The position numbers were made by a program, and so were the translations under genes. Below, in pieces: positions 25,103 through 32,000 of a stretch of 32,000 nucleotides of DNA. The DNA comes from an archaeon (lineage in GTDB: Archaea > Iainarchaeota > Iainarchaeia > Iainarchaeales > CSSED10-239), in assembly GCA_035390665.1 (NCBI GenBank), contig DAOOUC010000006.1, positions 1 to 32,000 on the forward strand, written 5' to 3'. How positions within the stretch are numbered: position 1 is the stretch's first letter; every line of letters starts with the position of its first letter. The notes under the pieces were generated by a model, which saw only the letters and a list, made by a program, of their open reading frames with translations, searched no databases and was not told the origin of the DNA.

Positions 25103-26038
25103 ATGAGCTATTTATCTAAATTACAAAGAAATAATAAAACGTATTATTATCTTGTAGAGAATATTCCTGTGTCAAAAGGAAAAAGAAAGCAGATAAGAAA
25201 ATATATAGGAACTGCAAAACCAACAGAGCAACAGTTATCTTTAGAATTATCAAAATTTGAAAACGAAATTAGCCCTAAGAAAAAGCAATTGCAAGGATTT
25301 ACATATTTAACTAAAGACGAAATTAAAGAAATTGATGAGATTAATTCAAATTTTTGGAAGAAATACAATACCTTAACAAAAACAGAAAAAGAAAGCTTTT
25401 GGAATAACTTCATTAGTGTTTTTGTATATAATACCAATTCAATAGAAGGTTCTACTTTAACCTTAAAAGAAGTTGAACTATTATTATCTGAAAACATTTC
25501 TCCAAATAGACCATTAGAAGATGTATTAGAAACAAAATCTGCTAAAAGAGCAATTGATTATCTTTTAGACTATAAAGAAGATTTATCTATTGATTTAATA
25601 ACCGAATTACATAAAATTTACTTTAAAGAAAGCTTTCCAGAGATTGCAGGTAAATTAAAAAGATTAAACAATAGAATAATGGGCTCAAAATTTGATACCA
25701 CCCCAAAAGAATTTGTTTTAACTGACTTAAAGATATTTATTGATAATTATAATAAACTAAAAAAAGAACTACATCCAATAGAGCTTTCAGCTTGGACACA
25801 TTGGGCTTTTGTTAAGATTCATCCGTTTCAAGATGGTAATGGCAGAATATCAAGATTAATAATGAACTTTGTACTTCACAAAAACAAATATGCATTAATT
25901 GATATTAAAACCAAAGAAAAGCAAGCTTATTTTAATGCACTTGAAAGATGTAATTATACAAGCAATGGAAAACCATTAGCACAAAGATTAGTTAGAAGAT
26001 TTAAAAAACAATATCAAAATGCTTTTTCAGAACTATAA
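25103..26038 (+). CDS. Fic/DOC family protein (putative AMP transferase) with an inhibitory helix-like motif
   Basis: HPFQDGNGRISR Fic core, TNSIEG matching the (S/T)xxxE(G/N) inhibitory motif; internal ATG at 25103 preferred over TTG at 25085. Confidence 0.93.
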   Translation: MSYLSKLQRNNKTYYYLVENIPVSKGKRKQIRKYIGTAKPTEQQLSLELSKFENEISPKKKQLQGFTYLTKDEIKEIDEINSNFWKKYNTLTKTEKESFWNNFISVFVYNTNSIEGSTLTLKEVELLLSENISPNRPLEDVLETKSAKRAIDYLLDYKEDLSIDLITELHKIYFKESFPEIAGKLKRLNNRIMGSKFDTTPKEFVLTDLKIFIDNYNKLKKELHPIELSAWTHWAFVKIHPFQDGNGRISRLIMNFVLHKNKYALIDIKTKEKQAYFNALERCNYTSNGKPLAQRLVRRFKKQYQNAFSEL

Positions 26039-26145
26039 ATCTTTTAATATCTTAGTAGAGGGAATCCGACTCCTATTTCTAAAAAGAAACTCTTTTAAAT
26101 ATTATGTTTTATACTTTTGTATAAATTATTAATTAAATAACTTAA

Positions 26146-26289
26146 AATGGAGATGATGTTAAAAGGTTCCAAGAAAGTGAAAGAAAAAGACTAGCACAAA
26201 AAGCAGAAGCAGCTAGTGAAATGCAACGACAACAGCAAAGAAAAATAGAACAATATAGGGGATTATTAAAAACTAAAATTAATAAATAA
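26146..26289 (+). other. Open frame without a recognisable start codon, coding-like composition
   Basis: NGDDVKRFQESERKRLAQKAEAASEMQRQQQRKIEQYRGLLKTKINK*; ATGs at 26147/26153/26156 are in a different frame that ends after MEMMLKGSKKVKEKD. Confidence 0.3.
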
Positions 26290-26330
26290 TATTAATTTAA
26301 ATTATTAATAACTTTGTAAATAATTAAAGG

Positions 26331-26365
26331 AGTTGGTAAGAATGAAAGGAAAGTATCTACCAACT
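26331..26365 (+). other. Perfect 8-bp inverted repeat of unknown role
   Basis: AGTTGGTA (26331-26338) and TACCAACT (26358-26365) separated by a 19-nt loop. Confidence 0.5.
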
Positions 26366-26426
26366 TCTAACAATGAACAGATTTATTTTTAATTAACTTT
26401 ATATTCTTTTTGTTTCTCTTTCTTTT

Positions 26427-27086
26427 ATGGCTCCAGTATCTGTATCTTTTAGAAGACATGCTCAAAAGACAAGAAATGGGCATAGTATTACTTCTAATGG
26501 AAAAAAAGATGTTAAAGATTTATCAAATAAATTATCAACTACTACAAAACTATATTCTTCTCCTGAAAATAGAACAATAGAAACCGCAGAATATCTAAAA
26601 TTATTTACTCACTCAGAATATAATATAAGAGTAAGAAATATTTTACGAGGACATAAATATTTTGCAGGAAAAAGAATTAAAACCACTAAAAAAGATAATT
26701 TTCTAACTTTATTTAAAGACCTGGCTAAAAAGATTGGAATTAATGACAAATTGCTAATTAAGGTGTGGCTATCTGGGAAAGTTCCAAAAAAGATTGTTCC
26801 AAGACCAGAAGTTATTGCTGATGAAATAATAAGAGATAGATTTAGATTACCTAATAGAGTAAAAAACACAGAAAAATCAATAATCTTTGAAAACATAACA
26901 CACGATATTGTTATAGCTGCTTTGTTTCAACGATTGTCTGGAGAGAAATATCATAGTCAATTTAAGGATTTACCAAAAGAATTAGAATCTTTAAAAGTTG
27001 ATATTTCAAGAGATGGAAAAGCAACCATGCAATTTAGAAATTATAAAAAAGGAATAACAGAAACATTAAAAGAAATATTAAAATAA
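26427..27086 (+). CDS. Histidine phosphatase superfamily (phosphoglycerate mutase-like) protein
   Basis: SVSFRRHAQKTRNG...LYSSPENRTIETAEYL N-terminal catalytic signature. Confidence 0.7.
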   Translation: MAPVSVSFRRHAQKTRNGHSITSNGKKDVKDLSNKLSTTTKLYSSPENRTIETAEYLKLFTHSEYNIRVRNILRGHKYFAGKRIKTTKKDNFLTLFKDLAKKIGINDKLLIKVWLSGKVPKKIVPRPEVIADEIIRDRFRLPNRVKNTEKSIIFENITHDIVIAALFQRLSGEKYHSQFKDLPKELESLKVDISRDGKATMQFRNYKKGITETLKEILK

Positions 27087-27087
27087 A

Positions 27088-27912
27088 TCATTTTGTTCTA
27101 TAGATTCTATTTATTATTTCTATCTTCTTATCATAATCTATTGCTGTTTTATAATTATACCAGAAGATATTCATAAAGAAATTAATCCAAGTATCATCGT
27201 ATATATCATAAATCAAAGTAATGTCTTTCTCTAATTCATGAAGCTTAAAATTTTTCTCTTCTTTGCTTTCTTTAAAGATAGAATGCCCACAATCAAATAT
27301 AATACCTCTTAATGGTTGTAATTGATGCCTTAATTCTATTGATTTAGGATATTTTTGTAATAAAGGCAAAAGAAGATTAATATTTTTTAAAGTATCTATA
27401 TCTATTCTTGCAATAATTTTAACTTTTAACCCGTTTTTTATTCTGGTCTCTAATTTATCTATAAGATTCTCATTCTTATATTTAATTTTAAGAAAAGACA
27501 GATTTCCAGATAGAAAATATACAAAATTAGATTTGTCTAGATATTCAAAAATTAATTTTGGATCAAAATCTTCTCCCTTATATAAATGTCCATTTGATCT
27601 CTCTTTAGAAACATATTGAAAAATTTCCATAAAACTGAAATCTTTCTTATAATTTGTACTTTTTATTTTTGTAAATAAAATATTTTCTATTTCAGTAGAA
27701 GAAACTTTATTAGTTGAATAAACCAGTTTTATAATGTTATATCCTGCTTTTATGTTCTTGATATCAATTAATCCAGTATTCTTTCTAAACTCGTCTACAT
27801 ATTTCTCTGCAGTTACCCAACTAATTCCTAGTTCTTTAGAAATTTCCTGTATAGTTCTTGGTTCAACTTCTACAAGTTTAATTATTTCATTTGCTTTTTC
27901 TTGTGATATCAT
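27088..27912 (-). CDS. HTH transcriptional regulator with a phospholipase D-like C-terminal sensor-like domain
   Basis: N-terminal ISKELGISWVTAEKYVDEF winged HTH; C-term RHQLQPLRGIIFD...IYDDTWINFFMNIFW. Confidence 0.5.
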   Translation of the reverse strand: MISQEKANEIIKLVEVEPRTIQEISKELGISWVTAEKYVDEFRKNTGLIDIKNIKAGYNIIKLVYSTNKVSSTEIENILFTKIKSTNYKKDFSFMEIFQYVSKERSNGHLYKGEDFDPKLIFEYLDKSNFVYFLSGNLSFLKIKYKNENLIDKLETRIKNGLKVKIIARIDIDTLKNINLLLPLLQKYPKSIELRHQLQPLRGIIFDCGHSIFKESKEEKNFKLHELEKDITLIYDIYDDTWINFFMNIFWYNYKTAIDYDKKIEIINRIYRTK

Positions 27913-27998
27913 AGAAATATTTAGCCCCGAAATATTTAAATATATATTTTAATAAAATAAAACCAATTAAAATAAACAATAAAACACATAACAAATCT

Positions 27999-29039
27999 AT
28001 GTTAGAAGACAACTACTTTACAAAAGAATATATTTTCAATAAAATCCCAATTAGATTTATGTTAACTGAAAAATGTAATTTAAGATGTCACATGTGTAGT
28101 GCTGATGGATTAGGCATAGGAAAAGTAAATTGCAATCAATCAAAAGAAATGAATTTAGAGAAAGCAAAAATATTAGTGGATCTTTTATCTGAAATAAATT
28201 ATTCTGGAGAAATTACCTTCTCTGGCGGAGAACCAATGGTTTATTCTTATTTTTATGAATTGATTGAATATATTTTAAAAAACAACAAAAATACAATAAA
28301 AGTAATAACAAATGGCACAATCCCATTCAAAGAAAATTTCTTCACAGATAGAAAAAAAGCACAAATATCTATTCATTCTTTAGATTATAAATCTTGGAAT
28401 AAGATTACTCAAGGAAATATAATCCAATTCAATAACCTTGTTAAAAATTTAGAAAAAATGAACAAAGAACAAGTACATAACATTAATGTAGTAATTCATA
28501 AAGGAATAAATGATAGTAATGAAGAACTATTTTCTTTATTTGAATTTTCAAAAAATAATAATTTTCATTTAAGATTGTTTAAGTTATTTCCATATACCGA
28601 AAATATGTATAATAAATATAAAGAAATTAATAAAGAATATTTGAATGATTTAAAATTAAAAAAATCCCCCAATAAAGTGAGATGGCATAATCAAGATGAA
28701 TATTCTCAATTGGAAAGATATTATTTTAATGATAATCTAAATCAAGAAATAGATGTTGCATCTTGTCCTTGCTTTAGTGGAGAATGTAGTAGTTGCTATA
28801 AATGGCATTTTCTTCAAATTACTTCTGATTTAAAAATAAAAACTTGTCTGGAAAGAGATAATTACATCGATTTAAATGAAGCAATAATAAAAAAAGATTC
28901 AAAATTACTTTGGGAAAAAATAATAGAATCTAGAATTGCAATCTTTAACCATGGAAAAGAAAGCCCACCTTTAAGGAATCATCCGTTTTTTAATTGTGGA
29001 TTGAATACAATAAAAATTATAAATAATTTAAGACACTAA
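27999..29039 (+). CDS. Radical SAM enzyme with Cys-rich C-terminal region
   Basis: LTEKCNLRCHMCSA (CxxxCxxC), TFSGGEP, C-terminal CPCFSGECSSC...C. Confidence 0.88.
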   Translation: MLEDNYFTKEYIFNKIPIRFMLTEKCNLRCHMCSADGLGIGKVNCNQSKEMNLEKAKILVDLLSEINYSGEITFSGGEPMVYSYFYELIEYILKNNKNTIKVITNGTIPFKENFFTDRKKAQISIHSLDYKSWNKITQGNIIQFNNLVKNLEKMNKEQVHNINVVIHKGINDSNEELFSLFEFSKNNNFHLRLFKLFPYTENMYNKYKEINKEYLNDLKLKKSPNKVRWHNQDEYSQLERYYFNDNLNQEIDVASCPCFSGECSSCYKWHFLQITSDLKIKTCLERDNYIDLNEAIIKKDSKLLWEKIIESRIAIFNHGKESPPLRNHPFFNCGLNTIKIINNLRH

Positions 29040-29117
29040 CTAATTTCTGTTTATAAACTAATTGTTTCTTAAATATATATTACTATATTATTAATATAAT
29101 TTAAAAAGGAAAAAAAT

Positions 29118-30482
29118 ATGACTAGTTCTAATGAGAGCTTTGATGGCTTGGTCAAAGATAAACAAATATTACAAGCAATAACAAATATCGGTATTACTAA
29201 ACCAACAGAAATACAAGAAAAAGTAATTCCATTAATTTTAGAGGGGAAAAACGTAATTGCTCAATCTGCTACAGGAACAGGAAAAACAATTGCTTTTTTA
29301 GCAGGAATTTTACCTTCTGTTAATAAAATAAAAAAAGTGCAATGTTTAATTATTGTTCCAACAAGAGAACTTGCAAATCAAGTTTATGAAGAAACAAAAA
29401 AGATTGGAAAAGTAAAAGATTTACAAGCATGTGCTGTTTTTGGTGGTGCATCAATTAATAATCAAGCAAAACAATTAAGATATGCAGATATTGTTATTGG
29501 AACGCCAGGAAGACTAATTGATCAAATAGATAGAGGAAACCTAAGATTAGACAATATCAAATATCTAGTATTAGATGAAGCAGACAGAATGTGCGATATG
29601 GGATTTTATGAAGACATTTCAAAGATAATCACGCAAGTTCCAAAAGAAAGACAAACTCTTCTTTTTTCAGCAACAATAACAGATGATGTATCTAAACTTG
29701 AAAGAGATTATATACCTAAACCACAAAAAATAAAAGTACAAACAAATGTAGATCCTAAAAATCTTTTACAAGAATATTATATTGTTAAATCAAATCAAAA
29801 ATTTTCATTACTTTTACATTTAGTTAAACAACACAATAAAAAATCAATTATTTTTTGTAATACAAGAAGCGAAGTTGATGTTTTATATAATAATTTTAGA
29901 GAACACAGGGTTGAATGCTTTAGATTACATGGTGGATTAGAGCAAAACAAAAGAAGTGCTACAATTGAAAAGTATCAAGATCATAAAGATGCAGTATTAA
30001 TCTCAAGTGATGTTTCTGCAAGAGGAATACATGTTGATAATTTAGAATATATCTATAATTATGATTTACCTAAAGACAATACACAATATATTCACAGAAT
30101 TGGTAGAACAGCAAGAGCTGGAAAAAAAGGAAAAGCAATTGCAATAATTACAAATAAAGAAGAAGAAGATTTCTTAAGAATGTGTAAGAAATTTGGATTT
30201 TCCGTTGAACATAAGCAATTACCGGCATTAGTACCAATTGCTCTAAAAAGAACAACAGAAGAACAAAAAAGACTAGAAGAAAGAAATCAAGATGGAAGAA
30301 ATAGATATAGAGAAAGAAGAGAACACTTTAGTAAAGGACCAAGAGATAGGCAAAAAGAAAATTTTAAGAAAAAATTCGTAGGAGAATTAACAGAAGAAGA
30401 AATCAAGAAACAAAAAACAGATTTTTTCAGACATAAAAGAAAAATTAGACAAAACAAATACTCTAAAGGAGGAAGAAGATAA
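29118..30482 (+). CDS. DEAD-box RNA helicase
   Basis: SATGTGKT, PTRELANQV, TPGRLIDQ, DEAD, SAT, ARGIH, HRIGRTARAG motifs plus a basic C-terminal tail. Confidence 0.95.
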   Translation: MTSSNESFDGLVKDKQILQAITNIGITKPTEIQEKVIPLILEGKNVIAQSATGTGKTIAFLAGILPSVNKIKKVQCLIIVPTRELANQVYEETKKIGKVKDLQACAVFGGASINNQAKQLRYADIVIGTPGRLIDQIDRGNLRLDNIKYLVLDEADRMCDMGFYEDISKIITQVPKERQTLLFSATITDDVSKLERDYIPKPQKIKVQTNVDPKNLLQEYYIVKSNQKFSLLLHLVKQHNKKSIIFCNTRSEVDVLYNNFREHRVECFRLHGGLEQNKRSATIEKYQDHKDAVLISSDVSARGIHVDNLEYIYNYDLPKDNTQYIHRIGRTARAGKKGKAIAIITNKEEEDFLRMCKKFGFSVEHKQLPALVPIALKRTTEEQKRLEERNQDGRNRYRERREHFSKGPRDRQKENFKKKFVGELTEEEIKKQKTDFFRHKRKIRQNKYSKGGRR

Positions 30483-31042
30483 TGATTAAAAAAACAGAAC
30501 AAAAGAAATTAGAAAATATAGTCTATAATGTTATAATGTTTGCATTAATCTTTGCTTTAGTAATTAGTTTTGTATTTACTATTGATAAATTAATCTTAGA
30601 GAAACCAAAAGACACATGTTATTTACAAGACTATACTTACTATAAGGCAGAGCCAGTAGTAAATCTTGACCAAAACTGTAACTATGATGAATATTATATC
30701 TCCTCTTGTGTACAATCAGAAGGAAATATAATATATAGAAAAAACTGCCAAATGGAATGTAGTTATTGCTATAGAGATTTTAATAAAGTTATGGAAACCT
30801 ACAACAACAGAATAAATCTTGGCAGAATGATTCTAACTTTCTTGTTAGCTTTAGCTTTTGCATTTATAACCATTAAAGACAAAATCATAAGATATTCAAT
30901 ACTATCAGCATCATTAGTTTCATTATTTATTGCAACAATGTCTGCAATGAATTTATTAGATAAAATGTTGCCATTAGTAATAATTGTTGAATTCTTATTG
31001 GTAATTTTTATCTACAGGAAAACAAATAAAGATAAGAAGTAA
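30482..31042 (+). CDS. Hypothetical membrane protein
   Basis: 186 aa, hydrophobic helices flanking a Cys-containing region; ATG overlaps the upstream stop (TAATG). Confidence 0.6.
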   Translation: MIKKTEQKKLENIVYNVIMFALIFALVISFVFTIDKLILEKPKDTCYLQDYTYYKAEPVVNLDQNCNYDEYYISSCVQSEGNIIYRKNCQMECSYCYRDFNKVMETYNNRINLGRMILTFLLALAFAFITIKDKIIRYSILSASLVSLFIATMSAMNLLDKMLPLVIIVEFLLVIFIYRKTNKDKK

Positions 31043-31050
31043 AGAGCTTT

Positions 31051-31701
31051 TTATTTTGCTCTACTTCTTATTACTTTTTTTTTATAATTTGGATTTTCAT
31101 TAATTAATATAAATTGTTTTTTAGCAGGTCCGGGATTATTTTTACTTTCAGGAATTGTAATTAAATCATATTTAAAACTAGAATGTTCAAAACTTCTAAA
31201 AATCTCTTTTGTTTTTATTCTGTTTTCAATTGGAACAATTAGTGGTCTTTTTCCAACAACTTTTGAATTTACGGATTGGGTTTCAGGAAAAGCACTCATA
31301 TAAATAAATTTAGATTTGTGTTTTACTCTCTGATCAGCAATTACCCTTTCCATAAGTAAAGTTCCTAATCCTTGTCCTTGATATTTAGGATTGATAAAGG
31401 TTTCTGTTAAATGAAAAAAATTAGCTGTTGGATTTTCTTTAATATAAAGTTCTGATGCTTTTCTTAAATGACCCATAGTGCATCCCAGTAGTTCTTTGCC
31501 ATTATACATTAAATAAAAAATCGTTTTTGATTTTTCTTTTTTTCTTTCATTTAAATAATTTTTTAAATCATCAGGTTTTCTTTGAAATAAATTATCAATA
31601 TTGCTAATATCTTTTATAATTTCTGGAGTTAATTTATCAAATTCTTCCCAGGTTATTTTCTTGTAATTTATATCTTTGAATCTAGAATGTATTGGTTGCA
31701 T
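31051..31701 (-). CDS. GNAT family N-acetyltransferase
   Basis: FINPKYQGQGLGTLLMERVI acetyl-CoA-binding motif. Confidence 0.8.
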   Translation of the reverse strand: MQPIHSRFKDINYKKITWEEFDKLTPEIIKDISNIDNLFQRKPDDLKNYLNERKKEKSKTIFYLMYNGKELLGCTMGHLRKASELYIKENPTANFFHLTETFINPKYQGQGLGTLLMERVIADQRVKHKSKFIYMSAFPETQSVNSKVVGKRPLIVPIENRIKTKEIFRSFEHSSFKYDLITIPESKNNPGPAKKQFILINENPNYKKKVIRSRAK

Positions 31702-31764
31702 ACCTAAGAATATTAAAGAAAGTTTTTTAAATAAATTGAAAATATATATATTAGGTGTAAATTT

Positions 31765-32000
31765 ATGTTAGATAAGATTACTAGATTAGAAATAGATAAT
31801 AAAAGACTTAAAAAGAAAATAACAAGTGCTAAAAAGAAATTACAAAAAGAACAAGAAGCACTTAAAAAAGAAACCCTAACAAGACTTACTGCACTTATTA
31901 CTGCTGCTTTTGGTCTAGTCGCAGCTCTTGCATGGAATGATACAATTAAAGCACTTTTTGTTATGCTTTTTGGAAAAGCCGAAACTTTCTGGGCGATGTT
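31765..32000 (+). CDS. DUF5654-like small membrane protein, truncated by the window
   Basis: MLDKITRLEIDNKRLKKKITSAKKKLQKEQEALKKETLTRLTALITAAFGLVAALAWNDTIKALF... runs off the window end. Confidence 0.6.
   Translation, partial: MLDKITRLEIDNKRLKKKITSAKKKLQKEQEALKKETLTRLTALITAAFGLVAALAWNDTIKALFVMLFGKAETFWAM

Noticed and set aside
27999-29039. Radical SAM gene as the missing AmmeMemoRadiSam partner of the MEMO-AMMECR1 fusion
   Set aside because: It is about 17 kb away, has a different C-terminal Cys-rich architecture, and shows no specific similarity to that radical SAM subfamily by eye.
1-32000. CRISPR array, cas genes or classical restriction-modification genes
   Set aside because: No regularly spaced repeats and no Cas or R-M signature motifs were seen; the only repeats are the short Fic-upstream set, the 16S promoter duplication and tRNA-Ala copies.

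Overview
AT-rich archaeal chromosome segment. The archaeal-type 16S rRNA, FEN-1 with a PIP box, eL40-like zinc ribbon protein, BHB-spliced tRNA-Tyr, leaderless-looking genes and many small proteins suggest a DPANN lineage (Woesearchaeota/Pacearchaeota-like, inferred). Supported features: a lone 16S rRNA (15008..16502) with no 23S/5S beside it; RNase P RNA (19948..20189) missed by the ORF track; six tRNAs (Gly-TCC, Glu-TTC, three tandem tRNA-Ala reading CGC/AGC/TGC, and intron-containing Tyr-GTA); about 30 protein genes and several unannotated small ORFs (eL40-like, basic eL41-like, a 38-aa ORF before the agmatinase gene). Best leads: (1) a tightly coupled three-gene cassette: YwgA/Panacea-like plus UPF0175-like antitoxin, DUF3368-type PIN toxin, and an unknown 390-aa protein; (2) 16S decoding-centre divergence, with U at E. 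coli 1054 and an A1405-U1496 pair; (3) a tRNA-Ala with anticodon AGC, exceptional in archaea; (4) a bacterial-type CoaD-CoaE fusion in eukaryotic COASY order; (5) a dispersed family of three highly divergent kinase-fold-like proteins; (6) a Fic gene preceded by short tandem repeats and bracketed by a 14-bp repeat that overlaps the tRNA-Tyr 3' end; (7) two GC-rich structured intergenic tracts next to tRNAs, candidate ncRNAs. Homology calls come from recognising motifs by eye; no database search was run.
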